Part shown: in pieces, positions 33,006 through 41,381 of the stretch
How positions within the stretch are numbered: the first letter of the stretch is position 1
How the letters are laid out: each line of letters opens with the position of its first letter
Sequence record: NC_048203.1
Direction: 5' to 3' (one strand)
Length of the DNA stretch: 64,000 nucleotides
DNA from: Escherichia phage vB_Eco_mar003J3
Position numbers and translations under genes: made by a program
Notes under the pieces: model-generated
Told to the model about the DNA's origin: nothing
What the model saw: the letters and a program-made list of their open reading frames with translations, nothing else
The model's database searches: none

Positions 33006-33221
33006 TTAACTAATCGGCATTAGGCTAGAACTTACACCAAGAGCAACGGCGGCAATAAAACAAATAAGACCTAAACTCTTTGCGAATTTAGATTTATGCT
33101 TAAAATAATATGAATCTAAATCATTTTGAAAATAAGCGAATAATAATGAGGCCGCCATAATAAACAAGCCTAGAATGAGGGATTCACTAGGAAAGAAGAT
33201 CATTTTAATAACTCCGGTCAA
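33006..33221 (-). CDS. small membrane protein (2 TM)
   Basis: 71 aa, two hydrophobic helices. Confidence 0.45.
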   Translation of the reverse strand: MTGVIKMIFFPSESLILGLFIMAASLLFAYFQNDLDSYYFKHKSKFAKSLGLICFIAAVALGVSSSLMPIS

Positions 33222-33260
33222 AGGGAAATTATAGCGGGGAATATTCCCCGCTGATTAAAT

Positions 33261-33695
33261 TTATTCGCCTGCGGCCTGTTTTACTTCATCGACAACGCCT
33301 AACAATTGCGCCATGGCTTCCAGCGTTTCCAGTTTTGCACTTTCCAAACTTGCCAGATCGTCGGCGTCTTTGATAATGCCTGAATCAATGGCGTGTTTAG
33401 CGATAACGCGCACATAGTGAGCTTTACGGATTGAGCTACCGCCGCCAACTTTGCGCGGCTTGTCGCTTTTCTGGTAGGCTTTTGCACTGGTCAATTTAGA
33501 ACGTACAGAGACAGGGGAAGCCGCGCCAACGGCGGCGGCGATTTCTTTTAAGCCGTCACTGTTAGCAAATTCAACGCCATTTTTTTCGATCATTTCAGAA
33601 TACAAAGAGACAGCTTTCTGCGTGTTTTCTTCATTCCAAGAGAATTTTGCGGCTTTTTCGGTTTTAACGTTAGACATAGTAAATACTCCGTTCAA
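33261..33695 (-). CDS. pre-early hypothetical protein
   Basis: 144 aa ORF in A1 operon direction. Confidence 0.5.
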   Translation of the reverse strand: MNGVFTMSNVKTEKAAKFSWNEENTQKAVSLYSEMIEKNGVEFANSDGLKEIAAAVGAASPVSVRSKLTSAKAYQKSDKPRKVGGGSSIRKAHYVRVIAKHAIDSGIIKDADDLASLESAKLETLEAMAQLLGVVDEVKQAAGE

Positions 33696-33776
33696 TTATT
33701 AATTAAGGGATTATGATTAACTAATGTTAATCGTTATATTGCCCATATTTCAGGGCAATATAAAAGTAACACTAAT

Positions 33777-34028
33777 TTATGCTATGGCTTGCCATTTATC
33801 ATCTTTCTGAATGACCTTTACAACGTCGCCAGATTTAACACGGACGGTATAAATCGGCTTGCCGTGGTTACTGCGTTCCGTTTCCGCGTAGACCGCTTCA
33901 ATCTTATCAAAGGGATCAAGCGCCGCACCTTTAATACGTTCGGCTTTTCCGGTTAATTCATCCGTTTTAGTTACAAAAGGAATGAATACAGATTGACCTA
34001 CTTTCGGCGCGGTAATAACGTTTTGCAT
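33777..34028 (-). CDS. pre-early hypothetical protein
   Basis: 83 aa ORF. Confidence 0.45.
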   Translation of the reverse strand: MQNVITAPKVGQSVFIPFVTKTDELTGKAERIKGAALDPFDKIEAVYAETERSNHGKPIYTVRVKSGDVVKVIQKDDKWQAIA

Positions 34029-34192
34029 TTTTAATACTCCGGTTTATTGGGGATTATTCCACAATAGCGCCTCGATACTTTGAAACGCTATTAGATTATA
34101 ATCCGCTAGGAGTTAGCCTAAACATTACCGTTATCCAAATTGTTAAAGAGCAGTTACTACGGGGAACATCTTAAAACCTATCGGCTAGCGTG

Positions 34193-34402
34193 TCAAGCGT
34201 TTTTTAAACTTTTTTCGATTTGATGGGAGTTATATAAATCAATCATTATATTACGCCACACCATTTCCAGCCCTTGTTGCTTGCCTTTCTTGTATTGCTT
34301 GAATCTGTATTTTACAGATCGTTGCGCTACTGTCAACAAATTTTTTGTTCTGCTATCAAGCGACTTGATAGGCTTGCCAGTGATCAAAAGCGTTTGTTTC
34401 AT
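34193..34402 (-). CDS. pre-early small basic protein
   Basis: 69 aa, Lys/Arg-rich; first gene after the 1.1-kb regulatory region. Confidence 0.45.
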   Translation of the reverse strand: MKQTLLITGKPIKSLDSRTKNLLTVAQRSVKYRFKQYKKGKQQGLEMVWRNIMIDLYNSHQIEKSLKNA

Positions 34403-34808
34403 ATCGTCGATTCCTTATAATATCTAAGTTTACCGCCGATAGGCTTTAAGATGTTCCCTAATTTTTAAAGAGCATGGCAGGGTTTTGAAAGGTCAAACAG
34501 ACTGTCAATCGCTGTTATCCCCGCCGTGTAGTTCGTCATTGCCGCCCTACGTGATAAATAATAGGAGAATACCGAGAAGGGCGCAAGCGTATTTTTGTAA
34601 AGAAACGTAAAGAAAACCACTACTCGCAAACGTCCAGCGGCGCATTAAATTTAATGAAACGGGCGCGCGAATAACACCAAAACAACCATTTTAGCAAGTA
34701 ATTTTTTCATTTATATCTGCTCTAGGGTACTTGACAAAATCTAAAATCCTCGTGGTGAGGTTTTCTCGGTGTACCCCTTATGATTGCCTATCTTTTCCTT
34801 TGAGGCGC

Positions 34809-34835
34809 TTAGAATGCGTTACAGAGCGTTTTAGA
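34809..34835. repeat. 27-bp element TTAGAATGCGTTACAGAGCGTTTTAGA, copy 1
   Basis: identical to 38232..38258. Confidence 0.9.
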
Positions 34836-35165
34836 CCCTGTTAATAACTTATACAAAAAGCAAAAATGAAATTTAATGAGTTATCCACTTGATTTTTCAA
34901 AAAAGTATTTTCTGCTGTTATTTTTCATTGACAAATAAGTCTGGACGTGTATCAGATCGTTAGCAGACTAATAATCGCTAGGATGATAATCACGCTGGTG
35001 GATTGTAACGGCTGAAATCATTAGCAGACTATTAATCAAGGAAAATCCTATTAGCCAACTAACTATTTCATAATATATAATATACATATAAATTAATGAG
35101 AAATAATAAATATGAGAAACTATCGGGCTAAGTGAGAACCACTATCATTTAACTTATACCCAAAG

Positions 35166-35174
35166 TTATCCACA
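35166..35174 (+). promoter_or_regulatory. DnaA box TTATCCACA
   Basis: perfect 9-mer consensus. Confidence 0.6.
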
Positions 35175-35214
35175 GCACAAAATAACTTGACGCAATAGGC
35201 GACGTTTTGGCGAC

Positions 35215-35223
35215 TTATCCACA
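35215..35223 (+). promoter_or_regulatory. DnaA box TTATCCACA
   Basis: perfect 9-mer consensus, 49 bp from first box. Confidence 0.6.
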
Positions 35224-35243
35224 GACTTATATACAGGTTATCC

Positions 35244-35263
35244 TACTGTATAAATATACAGGG
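35244..35263. promoter_or_regulatory. LexA (SOS) box-like palindrome followed by TAGAAT -10-like hexamer
   Basis: TACTGTATAAATATACAGGG: CTGT-N8-ACAG core, 18/20 to TACTGTATATATATACAGTA. Confidence 0.5.
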
Positions 35264-35510
35264 TAGAATGGTAGCAGTAACAACCGCAATCAAATTTAAG
35301 CGGCCTAGAACGCGCTACACGGCGTTTTCTCACTGCTGCCCTTATTATAATAAAGCCTTGTGTACACTTACAGAGTGCTAGAAATAGAAAACGCGCGGAT
35401 ATCATAAAAACAGGCAGTAAGCAAGGAATAAAAAACCTTTTCTTTTTCCTTGCCCCTAGCGAACAAATATCTATATCATTCACTCACCGATTAACGAGGG
35501 AGACAAAGAA

Positions 35511-36536
35511 ATGTCTACTGTAAGAATTGCAGTACCAGCAAACGCCACTATTATTAAGGGTAGTTTGCGCAACCTGCTAGACGGATCAAGTCTAGCAAGC
35601 CTACAGCTAGACGGATCAAGTCTAGCAAGCCTACAACATACGGCGGCAATGGTTGAAAAGATTCACGATGAAATTTTAGATAATAATGATACTCATTATT
35701 GTTTAAGTGATTTCACACAATTACTAGACCCTACCCGCGTTCTAGTGCTTTACAACCGTGACTATCACATCATGCGAAATCAGCGGGGAAGAGATATTGA
35801 TTTTATCATTGTAGGTCACGACGAAAAAAGCTATATTGCCCGTGGTTACAATGTACAAGAAAAAGAAATGGTTTTCGCTACTCGCGTAAATGGTATTAAT
35901 TCCAGCGATGTAGAAGATTTACTATCTAGTATTTGTGGCGAATTGACAAGCGCCATTAAACGTGCTGATAGTTACGCAATCGAAACAACTGGCGTATTGT
36001 GTTTTGGACGCGCTAGAGGTAACATGTTGATCCCTAACGATTATTTAGAGTATGGGAATGAATCAAACGTTGCAAACGCTGGATTTACACTTTTACCGCT
36101 TGACAATGTAACAAAACAGGCTGTACAATCTCAAACTTCAAGCGCAAATGCGCAAACTACTGAAAATAAAGGAAATATTATGTCTAAAGTATCTTCTATC
36201 GTTGCTGCTAATAAATCCGCCGTTGTAAACGCTGCTAAACTGGAAGTGGGTAAAATTGCACTGACTCAAGTCACAAAAGTAGCGGCGAAAAAAGCACCGT
36301 TTATGATTAAAGGGTATATTGATACGCCGATTGGTCGTGTAGTGATCGCTAACCTGCTGAGTGTAGCGGTTGACCAGTACGCCCCGACTAATGCGAAAGC
36401 TAAAGCGGTAGCAGGCGCGGCAATGGAAGCGGCAATGTTGGAAATGGTACAAAGTTTCAATATTGCTGAAATGATCGATGAAATGGTAAAAGGTATTGAC
36501 ATTTCAACCTTTACCCAAAATGCTGAAAGCGAGTAA
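35511..36536 (+). CDS. hypothetical protein with internal tandem duplication and Ala/Val-rich C-terminal region
   Basis: 341 aa; RBS GAGGGAG; rho-independent terminator downstream. Confidence 0.6.
   Translation: MSTVRIAVPANATIIKGSLRNLLDGSSLASLQLDGSSLASLQHTAAMVEKIHDEILDNNDTHYCLSDFTQLLDPTRVLVLYNRDYHIMRNQRGRDIDFIIVGHDEKSYIARGYNVQEKEMVFATRVNGINSSDVEDLLSSICGELTSAIKRADSYAIETTGVLCFGRARGNMLIPNDYLEYGNESNVANAGFTLLPLDNVTKQAVQSQTSSANAQTTENKGNIMSKVSSIVAANKSAVVNAAKLEVGKIALTQVTKVAAKKAPFMIKGYIDTPIGRVVIANLLSVAVDQYAPTNAKAKAVAGAAMEAAMLEMVQSFNIAEMIDEMVKGIDISTFTQNAESE
35577..35636 (+). repeat. tandem 30-bp duplication (29/30 identical) inside CDS
   Basis: ctagacggatcaagtctagcaagcctaca[g/a] twice; encodes LDGSSLASLQ x2. 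Confidence 0.9.
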
Positions 36537-36564
36537 TAATTAGTCTAATGTAAAGTTTTGTAAA

Positions 36565-36590
36565 GGTCGCCCTAATCGGCGGCCTTTTTT
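36565..36590 (+). terminator. rho-independent terminator
   Basis: ggtcgcc-ctaatc-ggcggcc followed by TTTTTT. Confidence 0.65.
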
Positions 36591-36654
36591 GTTATAATGC
36601 CTTTACACCGAAACGGTGGATTGAAAATTTTCCCCGATTTCTAGGAGGCGTTAA

Positions 36655-36882
36655 ATGGTACATTCATCATCTTCTGCAATTTTTAATGGTATGGAATGGG
36701 TATCCGTTCCCACTATTGTAAGCGTTATGGTTTCGGAGTTTGGGATTGGTAAAACTTATGTTACCATTCAGGAGCTTTACGACAATGACAAGATTGATCA
36801 GCAAACAGCCGGATTTTTGCTGGATGAATTGAAAGCTAACCACTGCACCAAAAAGCAAGCGGCAAAAATTGTTTTAATGTAA
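36655..36882 (+). CDS. hypothetical small protein
   Basis: 75 aa; strong RBS CTAGGAGG 7 nt upstream. Confidence 0.55.
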   Translation: MVHSSSSAIFNGMEWVSVPTIVSVMVSEFGIGKTYVTIQELYDNDKIDQQTAGFLLDELKANHCTKKQAAKIVLM

Positions 36883-36930
36883 TTAATAACGGGGCGTTAC
36901 TTTCGCCCCTAATTTCTAGGAGCTAATAAA

Positions 36931-37080
36931 ATGGTTATTTTTCGATCAGTTCTAGCAGGTATCTTGGGCGCTATTTTATCGTTGTTTGCAATAGCTTTCG
37001 GTGTTCATGCCGTTATTATCGGCGCGGGTATCGCGGGGTTTTCTTACCTGTTAGGCTGTATGACTGGTAAAGGGGGATAA
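36931..37080 (+). CDS. 49-aa hydrophobic glycine-zipper membrane peptide (not in ORF track)
   Basis: ATG at 36931 preceded by TCTAGGAGC; MVIFRSVLAGILGAILSLFAIAFGVHAVIIGAGIAGFSYLLGCMTGKGG; stop 37078..37080. Confidence 0.5.
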   Translation: MVIFRSVLAGILGAILSLFAIAFGVHAVIIGAGIAGFSYLLGCMTGKGG

Positions 37081-37082
37081 AA

Positions 37083-37295
37083 ATGTTAAAAAATGTAAGC
37101 CTTGCCCGTTCTAAAGGTTTTAAGCTGGTGGATGTTAACACGTTCGAGCGTCCAGATTGTAAAATCGAATATGTAGCACGCAACAAAAACGCGTTTCGTG
37201 TTACAGAAAAGAAATTTGACAAGCGCGGCAATTTGGTAGCCGAAACGGTTAAACACTTTGCCACCTTTTACGCTGCGTTTCGGGGAGTGTTATAA
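37083..37295 (+). CDS. hypothetical small protein
   Basis: 70 aa, starts 2 nt after the membrane peptide stop. Confidence 0.5.
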   Translation: MLKNVSLARSKGFKLVDVNTFERPDCKIEYVARNKNAFRVTEKKFDKRGNLVAETVKHFATFYAAFRGVL

Positions 37296-37296
37296 A

Positions 37297-37641
37297 ATGG
37301 TAATTTACGAGGGCAACCGATTTGTAACTAATTGCCGTCCGGCATTATTAGCAAACTATTTAAATCAGCTTTCACCAGTTTATAAAGGCGTGGTTAATAT
37401 CTATGAGGGCAAAGCACATTATAAAATTTCTGCCGTTGTCGCCCGTGAACTAGCGTTTCAATTTTTAACTTTTGGGTCTTGTGACGTTCAGGTTATGGGG
37501 GAAGCGTTAATAGCGGAAAATGAAAATGAATTTATTGACATTTTCCGCAAAGTATGTACAGAGCGCCTGATTATGAAAGGCGCGTATATTCAATCAACCG
37601 CTGAAAGTATCGAAACAGCGTTTCGAAAGGTGGCGCAATGA
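37297..37641 (+). CDS. hypothetical protein (likely start at internal ATG 37297 rather than 37258)
   Basis: RBS GGGGAG upstream of 37297; stop of upstream gene at 37293..37295. Confidence 0.5.
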   Translation: MVIYEGNRFVTNCRPALLANYLNQLSPVYKGVVNIYEGKAHYKISAVVARELAFQFLTFGSCDVQVMGEALIAENENEFIDIFRKVCTERLIMKGAYIQSTAESIETAFRKVAQ

Positions 37642-37823
37642 CTAGAAATGAAGCTGTTAAAGCTATGTTAGAAGGTAAAAAAGTAACTCATCGTTATTTT
37701 TCCATGCATGAATATTTATTCATGAAATATGAAGTGATCACCACGGAGGATGGTTATAAATTTAATCATGAATTTTATAGCCGTGAAATGTTTAATGATG
37801 GCTGGCAGCTTTATTATGAATAG
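37638..37823 (+). CDS. hypothetical small protein
   Basis: 61 aa; ATGA start/stop overlap with upstream gene. Confidence 0.5.
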   Translation: MTRNEAVKAMLEGKKVTHRYFSMHEYLFMKYEVITTEDGYKFNHEFYSREMFNDGWQLYYE

Positions 37824-37949
37824 CTGGTGGCGAAAAACACAAAGCCATAAATCTAATAATACCGCTGGGAAACATTCCCAGCGTTTACGATTTGGTAATG
37901 GCTTCACAATGATATTGATAATCATTCTCATTCTAGGAGCAATGGCGTT

Positions 37950-38144
37950 ATGAGTGATAAAATTGTTGTAACTAAAACTACTGTTACCGTTGATACTTTC
38001 TTTGTGCCTGATACGCTGGAAAATCGGCAAGCGGTGGAGCGTGGCGATTATGATAAAGTGATTTATGATAACGATGGTTACTATCAACATTTGGTAGACT
38101 CCTACGGCGAAAGCGAAAAGATCACACATCGACTACCAGACTAA
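37950..38144 (+). CDS. hypothetical small protein
   Basis: 64 aa; RBS TAGGAGC upstream; terminator downstream. Confidence 0.5.
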   Translation: MSDKIVVTKTTVTVDTFFVPDTLENRQAVERGDYDKVIYDNDGYYQHLVDSYGESEKITHRLPD

Positions 38145-38150
38145 TAATAA

Positions 38151-38180
38151 CGGGGCGCAACTATCGGCCCCGTCTTTTCT
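38151..38180 (+). terminator. rho-independent terminator ending the plus-strand cassette
   Basis: cggggc-gcaactatcg-gccccg then TCTTTTCT. Confidence 0.65.
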
Positions 38181-38231
38181 GGCCTTCCTCAAATTTCCCC
38201 TTATTAAAATACCTCCGCCAAAAATAAACGC

Positions 38232-38258
38232 GTTAGAATGCGTTACAGAGCGTTTTAG
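38232..38258. repeat. 27-bp element TTAGAATGCGTTACAGAGCGTTTTAGA, copy 2
   Basis: identical to 34809..34835. Confidence 0.9.
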
Positions 38259-38289
38259 AGCTATATTAGAGTTATTCACTACGCAGGAA

Positions 38290-38309
38290 TACTGTATAAA
38301 TATACAGTA
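38290..38309. promoter_or_regulatory. LexA (SOS) box-like palindrome followed by TAGAAT
   Basis: TACTGTATAAATATACAGTA: 19/20 to E. coli LexA consensus. Confidence 0.5.
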
Positions 38310-38390
38310 GAATAACCTGTTGATAAGTCTGTTGATAACGCCCCAAAATCGCTAGGATTTTGTCAAGTCAAATCGTGCTGTTAATAAACC

Positions 38391-38399
38391 TGTGGATAA
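38391..38399 (-). promoter_or_regulatory. DnaA box TTATCCACA (reverse orientation)
   Basis: plus strand tgtggataa. Confidence 0.55.
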
Positions 38400-38430
38400 C
38401 TTAAATAACAGTGTTTCTCACTTCGCTTTG

Positions 38431-38575
38431 TAAATGCGAGTCATTCTCATTATCATTAGCGTTTCCCTTCCTAAATGCAAATCATTCTCATTCGTATTCC
38501 GGTAGTCAAATGATAACTGTTCTCATTCGCATTCAACTTCTCAAATGCGAATCATTCTCATTATCATTCGCATTT
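38431..38575. repeat. three copies of AAATGC(G/A)A(G/A)TCATTCTCATT motif; third copy is a hairpin AAATGCGAAT...ATTCGCATTT
   Basis: copies at 38431..38459, 38471..38498, 38541..38575. Confidence 0.8.
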
Positions 38576-38606
38576 CGGCAGGCAGGGCAATTTGCCCTGC
38601 GCTTTT

Positions 38607-39207
38607 GTGCAAATCCGACATTTGCCCCCACGGATTACGTGCCAGTGTGCATGTGCGAATCCGACAATTTTTGGTAGTGTGCAAATCCGATGGGAAATAT
38701 TTTTTATATGTGCGAATCCGACAATGAATTTTCCTAAAAACTCCAGCAATCCGCAACTGCGATGCAATCCAGCTGGATTTACTAGAATATGTGCAAAACC
38801 GACAAGTGTTAAGGTGTGCGAATCCGACAAGATTTTTGTGACTTCGATTGGAGGGTGTGTGATTGTGTGGGTTTGGGGAGAAGTGCGAATCCGATGAGAT
38901 TTTGGGAGGAACTACGGAAGGAGCAGCGGTGATGGTGCTTTAGCACCGATTTGCTGCATTTTTGGGGATAATGCGGGATGTTTTGGCTAGAATTGAGATT
39001 AGTGGAGATAAAGCGAAATTTTATTAGCAAAATGGGGCAAAATCGCTTGACAAGTGAAAATTCCTGTGGCTCTAAAAACTCAGGCAATCATGGGCCTTCG
39101 GCCCGAAATAATGCTGCTATTTTCAGTGTTCCTAAAAACTTTGGAGACTCCTATCAATGTGCAAATCCGACCATAAATTTCTAGAAACATAATGTGCAAA
39201 TCCGATA
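38607..39207. repeat. array of 9 direct copies of 14-bp motif GTGCRAATCCGAYN with irregular spacing (injection-stop-like region)
   Basis: copies at 38607, 38653, 38679, 38710, 38791 (variant), 38816, 38883, 39159, 39194; no ORF with RBS; also CCTAAAAACT x3 and AACCGCCCT x3 nearby (39071..39300). Confidence 0.8.
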
Positions 39208-39739
39208 GCAATTTCCAGAAATGTGTTTTGGAAAAATGTCTCCTAGAAATAACCGCCCTCCCTATAACCGCCCTGTATAGGAAACCGCCCTAGGATATGT
39301 AACGTTGGAGAGAAACTGCCCTAGAATGCGTGAGAAACAGATTTAAAGTTTAGTGTAAACTCTAGAGTTAATGCTCAACTATTCCTAGAAACTTAGGAGT
39401 CTACTAGAAAGTGTTGTGCCATCCTAGCAGATGAGCGGCAACCGGTGTATCATCTTGAACACAAATATTGCCTTTAAATATTATAAGGTAAATAAAAGTT
39501 AATATACCCCCATTTCATGAGAGTTAGCCCCTCTAGGCGCGTGCGATTTGATACATCCTCCTGAGTCTCGGGGAGGAAGAACAATTGACGAGAACCTGCA
39601 AGCAGAACCGTCATCAAGTATTTTCCTACGAGGAATGATGTAAATCTACGGCCTAGAGGTAAAAACAAGTTGATGTTTTTAATCTATGAGATTATTATAA
39701 CATGCAGCTCAAATAATGTCAAGAAGATTTTGCTAACGT

Positions 39740-40465
39740 TTATAGATCGTGATTGACTTTGAGTATGACTCCCTTCGATGCCATGAAAAGGAATGTTGCT
39801 AGGTAAGATGACTCGGAATTTAGCGCAGAATAATCTACACTTCCTCTAGGTCTAGTTTCTTGTTTAGTGTCAAGAATTGTTTCGATATCAAACTTAACAG
39901 ATCTTGCAACTTTTCTAGCTTGTTCAGGATCACGTAAGATTTCAAAGTGAGCAGCATCTAGAATATGGTTAGATGATGTTGATTCGTCAACTATACTTAG
40001 ATGAACCTGCGCAAGTGTAGATACGATTCCTAGCTTTAATTCAGATAGAGAAGAATATGGTGGTTCTACTTTCTTTGTAAGTCTAGGGAGATGATCGTAT
40101 TTACATTGCTTTTGAGGAATCATCAGAATATTAGGATAACATTCTAAACATGACTTTGCATTTCCTTCTTTAAAATGCGGGAGTTCTTTATCTGCAAAGA
40201 CGTGGAATGAATCTGCTGAAAATCCTTTAATAGTAGGATCAACAGTTTGAATCAGACGACGTAAACTAATATATGAAGGAGCTAATGTGACTTCTTCTGC
40301 ATCTTTATTATATTTAGGTTGCCCACTAGCATTAATATATGCTGGATAAAACTCTGCACAAAATGCTACTGCATGAGCTTCTAACTCATTAAGTTCGGAA
40401 ACATTCTTTCCATTACAAGCTCTAGCTAACTTAATAATCTCTGCTAAATTCTTTTTTATACTCAT
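39740..40465 (-). CDS. early hypothetical protein
   Basis: 241 aa; first minus-strand gene after repeat array. Confidence 0.5.
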   Translation of the reverse strand: MSIKKNLAEIIKLARACNGKNVSELNELEAHAVAFCAEFYPAYINASGQPKYNKDAEEVTLAPSYISLRRLIQTVDPTIKGFSADSFHVFADKELPHFKEGNAKSCLECYPNILMIPQKQCKYDHLPRLTKKVEPPYSSLSELKLGIVSTLAQVHLSIVDESTSSNHILDAAHFEILRDPEQARKVARSVKFDIETILDTKQETRPRGSVDYSALNSESSYLATFLFMASKGVILKVNHDL

Positions 40466-40770
40466 ATATAATCATCCGGTTTTGTTTTAGTTTTTGTTAC
40501 TGATTTCACTGAAGGATCTAACTTAATCCACGTAAACCCTAGCTGCTCAGATAAGTGAGATATATTTCTAGGTGTTATTTTTATATTTGGAGGTAACTTA
40601 AATACTAGGTCTTTAAGTAACTTCATATCATCTGAACCAATGAAGAGAATATACTGCATATCTTCTTTTTGTTCATATTCGTTTTCAGATAATGTACTAA
40701 CTCCGACTGTATGTTTATTGAGTGTGGCCACCTTACAGCGGCCTACAGTAAACTGAGTAATTATATCCAT
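40462..40770 (-). CDS. early hypothetical protein
   Basis: 102 aa, 4-nt overlap with neighbour. Confidence 0.5.
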   Translation of the reverse strand: MDIITQFTVGRCKVATLNKHTVGVSTLSENEYEQKEDMQYILFIGSDDMKLLKDLVFKLPPNIKITPRNISHLSEQLGFTWIKLDPSVKSVTKTKTKPDDYI

Positions 40771-41381
40771 TAACGACCTCTAGCCTTATCTGCATCAATA
40801 GCTTCGAATACTTTCGTTAACATTTCTTCAAGCTCACCTTCTTTGCTAGGATTGCTCAAACGAATAGTATATGAGTTCCTAGAAACTCCTGAGTCTTCTT
40901 GTGCTCCGCGATCTTTTGCAAAGCCCATCATTGCAACGCCAGCTTTATTCCACTCGTCTACGCTAGATGCTTCCCCAAATTTATATGATTGCGTATTGCT
41001 TACCACGCCACCACAAGGAACATTGTGCATATCCGACATTAATCTTTTATCAGAATTATTCAGCATTGCGATTGGCCCTGACTGCCACGGATCCCGAATA
41101 GTCACTGGAGTACTAGGGCGATTCACCTCAGTCTTCACGAGTTTGTATCCAGCATCGATTAGTGCATTAATCAGATTATCAGCCGGGATACGAGCCGTGC
41201 CAAAGATAGCACGAGCATTCATAAGCTTAGCCTGAAATTCCTTGCAACCTTGAAGATCAGTGTGCAAAAACGACAGTTGCATAGATTTAAACTGTACTGT
41301 AGCAGTCAGATCTTTAAAGCTGTAATCCCATGTGTCGAGTTCATGATCTGCAACTACTTTAATGGTTTGTTGTGTAAACAT
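40770..41381 (-). CDS. early hypothetical protein
   Basis: 203 aa. Confidence 0.5.
   Translation of the reverse strand: MFTQQTIKVVADHELDTWDYSFKDLTATVQFKSMQLSFLHTDLQGCKEFQAKLMNARAIFGTARIPADNLINALIDAGYKLVKTEVNRPSTPVTIRDPWQSGPIAMLNNSDKRLMSDMHNVPCGGVVSNTQSYKFGEASSVDEWNKAGVAMMGFAKDRGAQEDSGVSRNSYTIRLSNPSKEGELEEMLTKVFEAIDADKARGR

Noticed and set aside
34928-34956. Sigma70-like promoter (TTGACA, 16-17 bp spacer, TATCAG)
   Set aside because: The -10 hexamer is weak and the site is 550 bp from the nearest start codon; not reported as a feature.
38411-38897. Several 60-100 aa ORFs on both strands inside the repeat array
   Set aside because: They are generated by the direct repeats, lack RBS and start context, and overlap one another in multiple frames.
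38607-39207. Possible CRISPR array
   Set aside because: The repeat unit is only 14 bp, spacing is irregular (26-270 bp) and the units are not separated by uniform spacers.
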